A stretch of DNA of 64,000 nucleotides from the IMG/VR virus record IMGVR_UViG_3300025083_000016, positions 1-64,000 of that record, one strand, 5' to 3'. The DNA is from a virus. The position numbers and the translations under genes were made by a program. Below, one piece after another: positions 50,576-60,953 of the stretch. The first letter of the stretch is position 1, and the number at the start of each line of letters is the position of its first letter. The notes beneath the pieces are model-generated. The model was not told the DNA's origin and did no database searches. It saw only the letters and a list, made by a program, of their open reading frames with translations.

Positions 50576-51536
50576 ACTAAATAAAAGATTAGATTTTTTC
50601 GATAGTTTTTTAAAAAATTATCATTTATCCAAGGACGGTGTTAATTTAAACATCTGGTGTCCTTTTTGTAATAACTCTAACAGAAACAAACTTAAGCTAG
50701 TCATACATTTAGAAAAATGCTTTTGGCATTGTTGGGTTTGTGATAAAAAAGGTTCTAATGTATCTTATCTTGTAAATAAAATAAACAGAAGTATAAGAGT
50801 TCCTGACGGTTTGTTTTATAAGCGAAACGAGTCAAAAAGCTTTGATTTGTTTGGTGAAGAAGAAGAAATAGAAGATATAGATCCTGTTTTTTTGCCTGAA
50901 AAATTTGAATTCTTTTTAGATAATTTTAGTCCTTCTTCACCTGATGCTAAAGATATTTTTAAATACGCATTAAAAAGAGGAACAAACAAACATAAACTTT
51001 GTATGTTAAGAATGGGATTTTCTACATCTAACGATTTTAGAAGGTTTTTGATTTTACCTTCTTACGATGAAAAAGGTGAGTTAAACTATTATGTATCTAG
51101 AAACATTGATGTAGATACAAGTTGTGGTTATAAATATAAAAATGCTACAGTCCCTAAAAAACACATTATCTTTAATGAAATTAATATAGACTGGAATATT
51201 CCACTTACAATTGTTGAAGGTCCACTTGACTTATTAAAGACTAATGATAATGCAACTTGCTTATTAGGCTCTTCGCTTACTGAAGATATGTTGCTTTTTA
51301 AAAAAATAGTTCAAAACAAGACAGATATAAAATTAGCCTTAGACAGTGATGCATATTCTAAATCTATAAAAATAGCAAAAACACTTTCAGCATATGATGT
51401 AAAAGTAGATATTCTAGATACAAGAGGCCCAAGTGATATTGGTGATATGTCTAGAGATCATTTTAACAAAATCTATAGTGAATCTAAAAATTATACTGAA
51501 GAAGATTCATTATTATCAAAAATAAGAATGTTATAG
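50568..51536 (+). CDS. DNA primase (Zn finger + TOPRIM)
   Basis: CPFC...HCWVC; YKN; IVEGPLD; LALDSDA; DIGD. Confidence 0.88.
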   Translation: MNKLNKRLDFFDSFLKNYHLSKDGVNLNIWCPFCNNSNRNKLKLVIHLEKCFWHCWVCDKKGSNVSYLVNKINRSIRVPDGLFYKRNESKSFDLFGEEEEIEDIDPVFLPEKFEFFLDNFSPSSPDAKDIFKYALKRGTNKHKLCMLRMGFSTSNDFRRFLILPSYDEKGELNYYVSRNIDVDTSCGYKYKNATVPKKHIIFNEINIDWNIPLTIVEGPLDLLKTNDNATCLLGSSLTEDMLLFKKIVQNKTDIKLALDSDAYSKSIKIAKTLSAYDVKVDILDTRGPSDIGDMSRDHFNKIYSESKNYTEEDSLLSKIRML

Positions 51537-51545
51537 GGAAATTAA

Positions 51546-54500
51546 ATGTTTAAATGCGCGCATATAAGCGATGTACACTTTAGAAGCTTAAAAAGACACG
51601 ATGAGTATAAACAAGTTTTTACAGATTTGTTTTCAAAACTAAAAGAAATAGAGTTAGACTGTATTTTTATAGGTGGTGATATTGTGCACTCTAAGACGCA
51701 AGGAATTACACCAGAGTTAATAGATGTTTTGACTTGGTGGTTTAATGGTCTTGCAAGTATAGCACCAACGCACGTCATTCTAGGTAATCATGATGGTCTA
51801 ATTTTAAACGAAGACAGACAGGATGCTATATCACCTATTTTAACAGCTATTAACAACCCAGATATCTATCTTTACAAAAAGAGTGGTGTATATCCAACAG
51901 GTGTAAACGGGTTTAACTGGTGTGTTTTAAGCTGTTTTGATGAAAAAGGTTGGGAAGATGTATATCCAGTAGAAGATGAGATTAATATTGCATGTTTTCA
52001 TGGTGCAGTTTTAGGATCTACAACAGATGTAGGCTGGGAATTAGATGGGGAAGTTGGTTTATCTTTCTTTGAAGACTATGACTTTGGTTTTCTAGGAGAT
52101 ATTCATAAAACTCAGTATCTTGATGAAGAAAAAAGAATTTGTTATCCAGGAAGTACGGTCCAACAAAACTATGGTGAAGATATTAAAAAAGGTTTTGTTT
52201 ATTGGGAAATAAACAGCAAAAATGACTTTAAATCTTCTTTTATTCAGGTAGAAAACCCATATCCTTTTTTAACTATTGACTGGAAAGGCTCAGTTGAAGA
52301 TACAATCGATTTTGCTAGACCCGTAAAGAAAGGTGTAAGATATAGAATTAGATCAAACTATGGTTTGAGTCAAGCTGAGATTAAAGTTTTACACTATTAT
52401 TTAAAAAATGACAAAGAAGCACATGAAATTGTATATCAAGTACTAAATAGTTCTAAAGATAAAATCAAAGAAAGTAAAACAATACAACAAAATACTCAAA
52501 TCGATATTAGAGATAAGAGTACAAGATTTAAAATTTTAAATGATTGTTTTGAAAACTTAGATGAAAGCACTATTGAAGGATTAGACGATTTATTTGCTAA
52601 AAACTTAGACAAAATACCCAATACACTATCAGACAATGTTGGTCAAAAGTGGTCTATTAATTCTTTAAAGTTTAATAATACTTTTTCTTACGGAAAAGAT
52701 AACTTTATTAATTTTGATAAGTTGTCTGGTGTAATAGGTGTTTTTGGTAATAATCGTGCAGGTAAGTCTTCAATCCCAGGAACTTTAATGTACACTTTAT
52801 TTAATTCTACTGATCGTGGTAGTTTAAAAAATCATGATGTAGTTAATATTCGCAAAGGTTCTTGTAATGCTGAAGCTGTTATTACTATCGGTACAGAACA
52901 ATATCTAGTCTCTAGAGAATCATCTAAAAAAACAAACAATAAAAACATCACTTCAGCGACAACAAAGCTTAATTTAACGTCGCTAAATAATAATGTAGAT
53001 GAAAGTGAAGAGCAAAGAAGAGAGACAGAAAAGATTCTTCGTAACTTAATTGGTACATCTGAAGATTTTCTTTATACATCTTTTGCTTCTCAAGGTGAGA
53101 TGAATACATTTATTAAGGAAAAAACAAGTGCTAGAAAAAATGTATTATCTAAATTTTTAAACTTAGACATTTATGATATGTTAAGTAAAGAATCTAAAGA
53201 TGATTACATTGTTTTGAAAAATAAAGTTAAAAACTTAAGTGAAAAAAGTTGGGATGATTTAATACAAAATAATATTAAAGAAATATCTCAAATTAAAAGT
53301 AATCTAAGACTTTTAGAGGAAAAAAGTGAAGAGTTAAGAAAAAAAGAAGTAGATATTAATATACAATTAGATAGAATATCTAAAAATACTAAAAAACATC
53401 CTTCAGGTTATACTAAGACTTCTGCAGAAAGCGAGCTAATTTATTACATTTCAAAACTAGAAAAGCTAGGAAACGAAAAAACAGACCTAGAAAACAAATT
53501 AGAAAGCAATAAAGAAGCACTTGGAAAATTTACGTTATTTAAAGAAAAATATCCAATTGACAGTCTAAATAACGATAAAGAAAAATTAAACGTTTTAAAT
53601 AAAAAATTACAAACCTTAAAAAGTCATAAAAAAGTAATAAACGTTTCTGCTAGAAATGCAAAAGATCAACTTAGGATTTTAGATCAAGTGCCTTGTGGAG
53701 ACGAATATCCTACATGTAAGTTTATAAAAAATGCTCATAGTTCTAAAGGCGAAATTGAAGATATTAATAAACAGCTTAAAGAAGTAGAAGGTTCTATCTT
53801 CGAATATCAGAGTTTAATTGAAAACTTAATACACGAAGGTATTGAAGAAAAAATAAAAAAATATAACGACATTTTGGCAAAAGAATACAGATATCAAGTT
53901 GATCAAAAATCATTAATTGCAAAAATAGAAGCTTCTGAAGAAAAAATAAATGCAAACGTAGAAAATATTAAAAAATTCAAAGCTTTATCTGCAGAACTAG
54001 AAGATTTCAATAGTGAAGATTTAATCATAAAAGAAAAAGAAATTAAAACAGAATTAAAAGAGAATAGCGAGAATATAAGCAATAATAAACACGAGCTGTT
54101 TAAAAATCAAAAAATCATTTTTGTATTAGAAGAAGAAATAGTCTCCCTAGAGAAAGAAAAAGAAGAATATTCAAAATTAAACAAAGAGTATAAACTTCAT
54201 GACTTGTTTTCTCTAGCTGTTTCTAAAAAAGGTATTCCCACAATGCTTATTAATTCTTGCCTTCCTTTAATTAATAAGGAAATATCTGATATTCTTAGCG
54301 GTGTTACTAATTTTAAAATTGAGATTGATGAAGATGAAAAAGGTAATAACTTAGATGTTTTTATTGACTACGGAGATTCTAGACGAGTAATTGAATGTGC
54401 AAGTGGTATGGAGAAGATGATGGCATCTATTGCAATCCGGGTTGCTCTAATTAACATATCTTCTCTTCCTAAGTCTGACGTCTTTATAATAGATGAAGGT

Positions 54501-54674
54501 TTTGGTGCATTAGACTCTTCAAATATAGAAGCTTGTGGTAGATTACTAAGTAGTTTAAAAAAATATTTTAAGTCTATAATGATAATATCACATATCGATG
54601 GAATTAAAGATATTGTTGATAAAAATATTGAAATAAGTATCAAAGGTAAAGACTCACATGTTCGATTTGAATGA
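51546..54674 (+). CDS. Fused SbcD-SbcC (Mre11-Rad50; T4 gp47-gp46) recombination nuclease/ATPase
   Basis: HISDVH, GGDIVH, GNHD, GDIH, YPGS phosphoesterase motifs; Walker A GNNRAGKS, Q-loop SQG, coiled coils, ASGMEK signature, IIDEGFGALD, IISH. Confidence 0.92.
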   Translation: MFKCAHISDVHFRSLKRHDEYKQVFTDLFSKLKEIELDCIFIGGDIVHSKTQGITPELIDVLTWWFNGLASIAPTHVILGNHDGLILNEDRQDAISPILTAINNPDIYLYKKSGVYPTGVNGFNWCVLSCFDEKGWEDVYPVEDEINIACFHGAVLGSTTDVGWELDGEVGLSFFEDYDFGFLGDIHKTQYLDEEKRICYPGSTVQQNYGEDIKKGFVYWEINSKNDFKSSFIQVENPYPFLTIDWKGSVEDTIDFARPVKKGVRYRIRSNYGLSQAEIKVLHYYLKNDKEAHEIVYQVLNSSKDKIKESKTIQQNTQIDIRDKSTRFKILNDCFENLDESTIEGLDDLFAKNLDKIPNTLSDNVGQKWSINSLKFNNTFSYGKDNFINFDKLSGVIGVFGNNRAGKSSIPGTLMYTLFNSTDRGSLKNHDVVNIRKGSCNAEAVITIGTEQYLVSRESSKKTNNKNITSATTKLNLTSLNNNVDESEEQRRETEKILRNLIGTSEDFLYTSFASQGEMNTFIKEKTSARKNVLSKFLNLDIYDMLSKESKDDYIVLKNKVKNLSEKSWDDLIQNNIKEISQIKSNLRLLEEKSEELRKKEVDINIQLDRISKNTKKHPSGYTKTSAESELIYYISKLEKLGNEKTDLENKLESNKEALGKFTLFKEKYPIDSLNNDKEKLNVLNKKLQTLKSHKKVINVSARNAKDQLRILDQVPCGDEYPTCKFIKNAHSSKGEIEDINKQLKEVEGSIFEYQSLIENLIHEGIEEKIKKYNDILAKEYRYQVDQKSLIAKIEASEEKINANVENIKKFKALSAELEDFNSEDLIIKEKEIKTELKENSENISNNKHELFKNQKIIFVLEEEIVSLEKEKEEYSKLNKEYKLHDLFSLAVSKKGIPTMLINSCLPLINKEISDILSGVTNFKIEIDEDEKGNNLDVFIDYGDSRRVIECASGMEKMMASIAIRVALINISSLPKSDVFIIDEGFGALDSSNIEACGRLLSSLKKYFKSIMIISHIDGIKDIVDKNIEISIKGKDSHVRFE

Positions 54675-54924
54675 AGGATGGCAGAAGATTGATAATGAAA
54701 CTGAAGAAAAAATACAGGGCACTACAAGATTTATCAGACCTATTGTTTTTGATTTTTGTCCTATTAGTTGTAATTCTTGCAAGCAGTCGATTGCAACGAT
54801 TGAAGATGTTGAAATGATGAAAAAAGAAAAAGTTTGTGAGCAATGCTATGAAATGTTTTATTATACAAATAAAGATAAATGGAACAAAGGATGGCGTCCT
54901 AAATTAAAAACTATAGATAATTAA
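54658..54924 (+). CDS. Small Zn-finger protein
   Basis: CPISCNSC...VCEQC; ends WNKGWRP. Confidence 0.65.
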   Translation: MFDLNEGWQKIDNETEEKIQGTTRFIRPIVFDFCPISCNSCKQSIATIEDVEMMKKEKVCEQCYEMFYYTNKDKWNKGWRPKLKTIDN

Positions 54925-54931
54925 TATTTAT
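54924..54931 (+). promoter_or_regulatory. Putative late promoter ATATTTAT
   Basis: ATAWTTA in the gap that starts the packaging/head operon. Confidence 0.4.
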
Positions 54932-54952
54932 TTCTATACAAAAGGTTGAAAT

Positions 54953-55324
54953 ATGGAATACGATTTAATAACAAAGCTTGGAAACTGCATTGATAATGTT
55001 TATAACAACTATGCAGAGTCTAGTGATAGAAGAACAGTTGCAAAAGTTCAAGATGATCATCTTATAATTGAATATAGAACTATTTTAAGAGTTGCAAAGG
55101 ATTGCGAACTTGAAATGCAAATGAATTTAGTGAAATCTGAGTCTAAACAAATGATTGAGTCTAGACTTAGAACAATTAAAGAAATATTTAAAGAAAGTGC
55201 AGGAAGAGGATTAAAAGTTAAAAAAGTCACAGACTATGACAATATAGAGACATTAACAGTAAGTCCGTATAATCCATTAAGAACTCTTAAATACACATTT
55301 TCAGTAGGTTATGAGGTCTCCTGA
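54953..55324 (+). CDS. Hypothetical protein upstream of terminase
   Basis: AAGGT RBS; 123 aa. Confidence 0.65.
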   Translation: MEYDLITKLGNCIDNVYNNYAESSDRRTVAKVQDDHLIIEYRTILRVAKDCELEMQMNLVKSESKQMIESRLRTIKEIFKESAGRGLKVKKVTDYDNIETLTVSPYNPLRTLKYTFSVGYEVS

Positions 55325-55326
55325 AA

Positions 55327-56952
55327 ATGGCACAAAGATTATCTAGAAATGGACAAATAAACGAAATTATAAAATGTGGTAAAGACCCAGTTTATTTTAT
55401 GAACAGGTATCTAAAGATTCAACATCCTGTGAAAGGCTTGATACCTTTTAAAACGTTTCCTTTTCAAGATGATTGTGTTAAAGAATTTAATGATCATAGA
55501 TTTAATATAATTCTAAAGTCTAGACAGCTAGGTTTATCAACGTTAGCTGCTGCTTATGCAGTTTGGCAAGCAATATTCTATAAAGAAAAAAATATTCTTA
55601 TTATTGCTACAAAACTTGCAGTTGCACAAAACTTTATAAGAAAAGTAAAGACTTATATGAAGTCTATGCCTAAGTGGCTATTAGTTCCAACAGTTACAGC
55701 AAACAATAAGCAGCAAGTTGAATTTTCAAACGGTTCACAAATAAAAGCAGTACCGACATCAGAAGATGCAGGTCGTTCTGAAGCATTATCATTATTAATT
55801 GTTGATGAAGCTGCTTTTGTTAGAAACTTTGACGAATTATGGATGGGTTTATATCCTACTCTGTCTACTGGTGGGCGTGCTATTCTATTATCTACTCCAA
55901 ATGGTGTAGGTGGTCAATATCATGAAATATACACTAAAGCAGAACGCAAAGAAAACAAGTTTAACAATATAAAGCTAATGTGGGATGTTCACCCTGAAAG
56001 AGGCGATGAGTGGTTCAATAGAGAAACTAAGAATATGTCGCAAAAACAAGTTGCACAAGAGCTTCTTTGTGACTTTGCATCTTCAGGAGATACATTTTTA
56101 ACAGCTGAAGTATTAGAAAAAATAAGACTAACAACTAAGTCGCCTATTGAAAAAAGTGGTCCTGAATATAATGTTTGGTATTGGGAATATCCAATTGAAG
56201 GTGTTAATTATATTTGTTCTGCAGATATTGCAAGAGGTGACAGCGGTGATTATTCTGCTTTCCATATTATAAACACTAAAGATAATTCTATAGCAGTAGA
56301 ATATAAAGGTAAAATACCGCCAGATCATTTTGCTTCATTAATATATGATGTATCTAGAAGATTTAATTCTGCAGTTATTTGTCCAGAGAATAATGCATAT
56401 GGGTACTCTGTTTTAACAAAACTTCAAGACTTATCATATAAAAATATTTATTTCTCTTCTGAAAAAGAAAAATACAAGTTTTTATATGGAGATGGCTCAA
56501 ATATAGGAAAAGCTGGATTTAATACAAACAAAGACAGTAAAGAGAAAATTCTTGCAAATTTTGAAGAATCTTTAAGGAATAATAGACTTAAAACTTATTC
56601 TCAAAGGCTTTTCGAAGAGTTAAAAACATTTGTCTGGAACGGCAAAAAAGTTGGTGCAATGAAAGGATATAATGATGACCTTATTATGTCACTTGCAATA
56701 GGCTGTTGGCTTACAGATAGCAATTCAAATACTTATAATGTTGAGCAAATTAAGCAAGCAGATTCTTTATTAAAAGGAATGGAAGTTAACAATACACAAG
56801 CAAAAGATACAATAATATCACCTTTTTATACAAACAAACATAACGTAGTAAATCCTTTTGTACCTGTTTTTATGTCTAACAACAAATTTTCAGGAAAAGA
56901 AATTACAAAATCAAATCCTCTAGGTGACTTATCCTGGCTAATAGGGAAATAA
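55327..56952 (+). CDS. terL: Terminase large subunit (T4 gp17-like)
   Basis: KSRQLGLST Walker A, LLIVDEAAF Walker B, STPNG motif C, ADIARG and DDLIMS nuclease motifs. Confidence 0.95.
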   Translation: MAQRLSRNGQINEIIKCGKDPVYFMNRYLKIQHPVKGLIPFKTFPFQDDCVKEFNDHRFNIILKSRQLGLSTLAAAYAVWQAIFYKEKNILIIATKLAVAQNFIRKVKTYMKSMPKWLLVPTVTANNKQQVEFSNGSQIKAVPTSEDAGRSEALSLLIVDEAAFVRNFDELWMGLYPTLSTGGRAILLSTPNGVGGQYHEIYTKAERKENKFNNIKLMWDVHPERGDEWFNRETKNMSQKQVAQELLCDFASSGDTFLTAEVLEKIRLTTKSPIEKSGPEYNVWYWEYPIEGVNYICSADIARGDSGDYSAFHIINTKDNSIAVEYKGKIPPDHFASLIYDVSRRFNSAVICPENNAYGYSVLTKLQDLSYKNIYFSSEKEKYKFLYGDGSNIGKAGFNTNKDSKEKILANFEESLRNNRLKTYSQRLFEELKTFVWNGKKVGAMKGYNDDLIMSLAIGCWLTDSNSNTYNVEQIKQADSLLKGMEVNNTQAKDTIISPFYTNKHNVVNPFVPVFMSNNKFSGKEITKSNPLGDLSWLIGK

Positions 56953-56955
56953 TAG

Positions 56956-58944
56956 ATGGCACAAGAATCAAATTCGACTTTATTTAAAAAATTAACAGAT
57001 CTTTTTAGATCTGGTCCTGTTGTAAGAAGAAAAGTAAAGAAATTCAAAGGAAACAGTACTTCTAAATCTTCACTTGAAATCTTTAAAAAAGCTCATAGTG
57101 ATGTATATAACAGTACACTGTCAGCTTACGGATCTTATGACAGAATGGCAAGATACTCAGACTTTTCAGAAATGGAAGCTACTCCTGAAATTAACTCTGC
57201 GTTAGACATTTATTCAGAAGAATGCGTCTCACCAGATGTTGATGGTCAAGTATTACATATCAGTTCAGATAACAGAATGATTAAACAAATCTTAGAAGAA
57301 CTTTTTTATGATGTACTTAATGTTGACTTTAATCTAGTAATGTGGATTAGAAACCTCTGTAAGTACGGAGACTTTTTTCTGTTTAATGATATTCACCCAG
57401 AGTATGGTGTTATTAATTGTTTTCCAATTCCTATTGCTGAGATTGAACGTGAAGAAGGATTTGATCCAGACGATCCAGCTGCAGCGAGATTTAGATGGGT
57501 AACACAAGGTAATAGAGTCCTAGAAAATTGGCAAGTATCACATTTTAGACTTTTAGGCAGCGACGCATTTTTACCATACGGCTCTTCGGTTTTAGAAGGT
57601 GCTAGACGTATTTGGCGTCAATTAATTCTTATTGAAGATGCAATGCTTGTTTATAGAGTTATTCGCTCTCCAGAAAGACGTGTATTTTACATTGACGTTG
57701 GTAATATACCACCAGAAAATGTTGCAGACTATTTAGAGCAAGCACAGACATCTCTTAAAAGAAATGCAGTTGTAGATAAAACAACTGGACAAGTAGACTT
57801 AAGATATAATCCACTTTCAGTAGATGAAGACTATTTCTTGCCTGTTCGTGGCGGTGATACTGGTACTCGTATTGATACTTTAGCAGGTGGTTCAAACACA
57901 ACTGCAATTGAAGATGTAGAATATATCCAGAAAAAACTTTTTGCTGCTCTTAAAATCCCTAAAGCATATCTAGGATATGATGAAGATATTGGAGCTAAGG
58001 CTACATTAGCGCAAGAAGATATTAGATTTAGTCGTACAATTCAAAGAATTCAAAAGACTATTATTTCTGAGTTAAACAAAGTTGCAATGATTCATCTTTA
58101 TACGCATGGTTACTCTGAAGAAGATTTGATGCATTTTGAATTAAAGCTTAGTAATCCTTCTTCTATTGCACAACAGCAAAAACTAGAATTAATTAGAACT
58201 AAATTTGAAATATCAGGATCTGCACCAGAAGGTTTATTAGATAGAGAATGGATTAGAAAAAATATTTTAGACTTAAATGATGATGAAATTGAAAGAATCG
58301 AAAGAGGAAAAGAGAAAGATAAACTTAGAGACATGGAGTTAGAAGGTGTACAATTACCTAACGATAATCCATTTAGTTTTGGAGATGAAAGCGAAGCTGG
58401 TAATGACGATAGTGGAGGTGGTGATGATAGTGGTGGCCTAGGAGGTGGAGACGAAGGAGGAGGTGATAGTGGTGGAGACGAAGGAGGAGGAGGTGGTCTT
58501 GAAGGATTATTTGCAGGCGAAATAAAAAATGGAAAGATAATGTCTGAAGAAGAGCTTTCTGAGTATGATGAATTAATTGAAGAGCTAGATGAAGTCGACG
58601 AAGACAAGAAAAATGAAATAGGTGAATCAGGCGCTAAAGTTTCAAAAGAAGGTAGTAGAGGTTCTTATAAAACAAAGTCTACAGGTAATAAAACTCACTA
58701 TAATACTTCAACACATCAAGGATCTTTAACAGCAGGCAAGCCAATTACAGTTAAAGACTTAATGGATAGTGTTATGCCTCAAAGTCCAGTTGTAGACAGC
58801 TTTATTACTAAGAAACTCGGGTATAGAATGTCTAAGTCTCTTGACAGTATGTCTAAACAATTAAATATTAACAGTAGTAAACCTAAAATGTTGAACGAAA
58901 GTGACATACTTATAGATGATGATATTTTTGAAAATGAGGAATAA
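56956..58944 (+). CDS. Portal protein (T4 gp20-like) with acidic Gly-rich C-terminal extension
   Basis: LIEDAMLVYRVIRSPERRVFYIDVGN, EDYFLPVRG, IDTLAGG, ALKIP. Confidence 0.95.
   Translation: MAQESNSTLFKKLTDLFRSGPVVRRKVKKFKGNSTSKSSLEIFKKAHSDVYNSTLSAYGSYDRMARYSDFSEMEATPEINSALDIYSEECVSPDVDGQVLHISSDNRMIKQILEELFYDVLNVDFNLVMWIRNLCKYGDFFLFNDIHPEYGVINCFPIPIAEIEREEGFDPDDPAAARFRWVTQGNRVLENWQVSHFRLLGSDAFLPYGSSVLEGARRIWRQLILIEDAMLVYRVIRSPERRVFYIDVGNIPPENVADYLEQAQTSLKRNAVVDKTTGQVDLRYNPLSVDEDYFLPVRGGDTGTRIDTLAGGSNTTAIEDVEYIQKKLFAALKIPKAYLGYDEDIGAKATLAQEDIRFSRTIQRIQKTIISELNKVAMIHLYTHGYSEEDLMHFELKLSNPSSIAQQQKLELIRTKFEISGSAPEGLLDREWIRKNILDLNDDEIERIERGKEKDKLRDMELEGVQLPNDNPFSFGDESEAGNDDSGGGDDSGGLGGGDEGGGDSGGDEGGGGGLEGLFAGEIKNGKIMSEEELSEYDELIEELDEVDEDKKNEIGESGAKVSKEGSRGSYKTKSTGNKTHYNTSTHQGSLTAGKPITVKDLMDSVMPQSPVVDSFITKKLGYRMSKSLDSMSKQLNINSSKPKMLNESDILIDDDIFENEE
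58399..58497 (+). repeat. Gly/Asp low-complexity repeat in the portal, including an exact 20-bp direct repeat
   Basis: GGTGGAGACGAAGGAGGAGG at 58444-58463 and 58471-58490. Confidence 0.85.
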
Positions 58945-58946
58945 AA

Positions 58947-59783
58947 ATGGCAAAAGTGCATAATAAAAAGAGAAATATCGGCATTATTTATGAGCAAATT
59001 ATACAATTTGTGTGTAAAAAAATCATGGAAAATGACGAAGTCACTTCTGAAAAAGCCATCAAAATCATTAAAGAGCATTTTGCTGACGGAACACAATTGA
59101 GTAAAGAGTATAAACTTTTTAAAGCACTTTCAGACACGAAAGATGTGTCTGGACATCTTGCTAATTCAATTATCTTTGAAGCAAAAAAAGCATGCAATAA
59201 TATGTTTGATGGAAAAAAACTTGAAAGAGAAAAAAGTAAACTGATTAAAAATCTTAATTACTCTTTTGGAAAAGGTGAGATCTTTAAAGAAAACGTTAAA
59301 AACTATAGAATCTATGCTACAGTTCAGACTCTATTAAACGAATGGCGAGATCCAGAAAATGCAAGCTTTGACTTGACAACAAAATATGAAATCAAACTTC
59401 ATGAAAGTTTAACACAAAAAGCTGAAATATTGCAAGAAGTAAAAGATATCCCAAGAGTTGATAACTTAACTTATAGTTTAATGAACAATATTTTTGAAAA
59501 GAAGTATAGTAATCTTTTAAATAAAAGTCAAAACAGACTTTTAAGTTGTTATGCAAAAAATGACAAAGAGTCTTTGATAGAAAGCTTTTCTACTTTAAAA
59601 GAAGAAACGTTAAGTTATTTAAATGATTATATTTCTAATGCTGATAATAAAATTATTTTAGAAAAATATAAAATAGTAAAACAAAATATTACAAACGTCT
59701 CTACTGAAAATACCTCTAGAGATAATTTGCAAAGATACTTAACTATTGCAAAACTTAAAGAAGAATTATTAGGAGGCGAGTAA
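58947..59783 (+). CDS. Helical head-assembly-region hypothetical protein
   Basis: Between portal and protease; HNKKRNIGIIYE start; tightly coupled to both neighbours. Confidence 0.65.
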   Translation: MAKVHNKKRNIGIIYEQIIQFVCKKIMENDEVTSEKAIKIIKEHFADGTQLSKEYKLFKALSDTKDVSGHLANSIIFEAKKACNNMFDGKKLEREKSKLIKNLNYSFGKGEIFKENVKNYRIYATVQTLLNEWRDPENASFDLTTKYEIKLHESLTQKAEILQEVKDIPRVDNLTYSLMNNIFEKKYSNLLNKSQNRLLSCYAKNDKESLIESFSTLKEETLSYLNDYISNADNKIILEKYKIVKQNITNVSTENTSRDNLQRYLTIAKLKEELLGGE

Positions 59784-60385
59784 TGAATACTCCAAGGCTG
59801 ATTACAGAGTGGACAAATTTTGAATACGACCCAAGCTTAATTAAAGAACAAAAAGCAATGGGTAAACCTATGATGATGAAAGGAATTTTGCAAAAAGCAG
59901 AAACTTTAAATCAAAATGGCCGTGTTTATCCAAAAATTATTCTTGAAAGAGAAATTAGAAACTATCAAAAATTTATTAAAGAAAATAGAGCTTTAGGTGA
60001 ATTAGATCATCCAGATTCTTCTGTTGTTGAACTAAAAAATTCATCTCACATTATCAGAGAAGCTCATATAGAAGGAAACATTGTTTATGGCACAGTTGAG
60101 ATTCTCAACACACCTAGCGGGAAGATTTTGCAATCTTTAGTTGAAAGTGGTGTGACTTTAGGTATTTCTTCACGTGGTGTAGGCAGTACTAAAACACAAG
60201 GTAATATGCAAATTGTACAAGATGACTTTCAGCTTATTTGTTGGGACTTTGTAAGTGAGCCTTCAACTCCTGGTGCTTTTATGATGAAAGAAGGAAAAGA
60301 AGTAACACCTCAATTTATAAACGAAGTTTTTAACAAATCAGACAGAATAGATAGAATATTTAATGACATATTGGAGTGGAAGTAA
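59783..60385 (+). CDS. Prohead core protease (T4 gp21-like)
   Basis: NQNGRVYP, ALGELDHP, GISSRGVGS, WDFVSEPSTPGA. Confidence 0.95.
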   Translation: MNTPRLITEWTNFEYDPSLIKEQKAMGKPMMMKGILQKAETLNQNGRVYPKIILEREIRNYQKFIKENRALGELDHPDSSVVELKNSSHIIREAHIEGNIVYGTVEILNTPSGKILQSLVESGVTLGISSRGVGSTKTQGNMQIVQDDFQLICWDFVSEPSTPGAFMMKEGKEVTPQFINEVFNKSDRIDRIFNDILEWK

Positions 60386-60945
60386 TGGCAATATCACATA
60401 TACCAGGATCAATCGGACATAACTTTGTACCAGAATATCAAATTAGTGCTGTACCAAGAGTTGTCGACATATCAGTTTCAACTAAAGTAATAGTTAGAAA
60501 GTCTGATGGTTTGATTGTAGGAACTGCACCTGCTGGAGCTGCAGGGCAAGCTGTAACTTTAAATTCAAGCGGGACAGCAATTGGCGCAGCTGTAATTTTT
60601 GCTAATGTAGGCTCTCAAGTTGATGATGCATTACATGCAGGAGGCGCTTTTGTTTCTTTAAAAGTTGTAAAATTAGATAAAGTTTCACAATGGATTCAAG
60701 TGCAAAGTCCAGAAAATTCTGCTATGAGTTTAGCATTTTCTAGAAAAGATGCTGCAAATGGAAATCTAGTTGTTATAAATCAAGATACTAATTCATATCC
60801 ACTTAGATTAAGATGTGTCAACATATATTTGCCAGATACAACAACTGCAGGAATAATTTTAGCAGGTCTTACTGTAATAGATAGAAAAGAATTTGATAAT
60901 ATAGTTGAAAAGTTTAGTGGCGACGATATTACAGTCAGCGTATAG
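60385..60945 (+). CDS. Putative head-associated protein
   Basis: Start better placed at ATG 60385 (TAATG overlap, GGAG 8 nt upstream); Ala/Gly/Val-rich beta protein. Confidence 0.6.
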   Translation: MAISHIPGSIGHNFVPEYQISAVPRVVDISVSTKVIVRKSDGLIVGTAPAGAAGQAVTLNSSGTAIGAAVIFANVGSQVDDALHAGGAFVSLKVVKLDKVSQWIQVQSPENSAMSLAFSRKDAANGNLVVINQDTNSYPLRLRCVNIYLPDTTTAGIILAGLTVIDRKEFDNIVEKFSGDDITVSV

Positions 60946-60953
60946 GAAAAACA

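Noticed and set aside
55327-60385. Inteins or introns in terminase, portal or protease
   Set aside because: Motif spacing is ordinary; no splice-junction or homing-endonuclease motifs seen.
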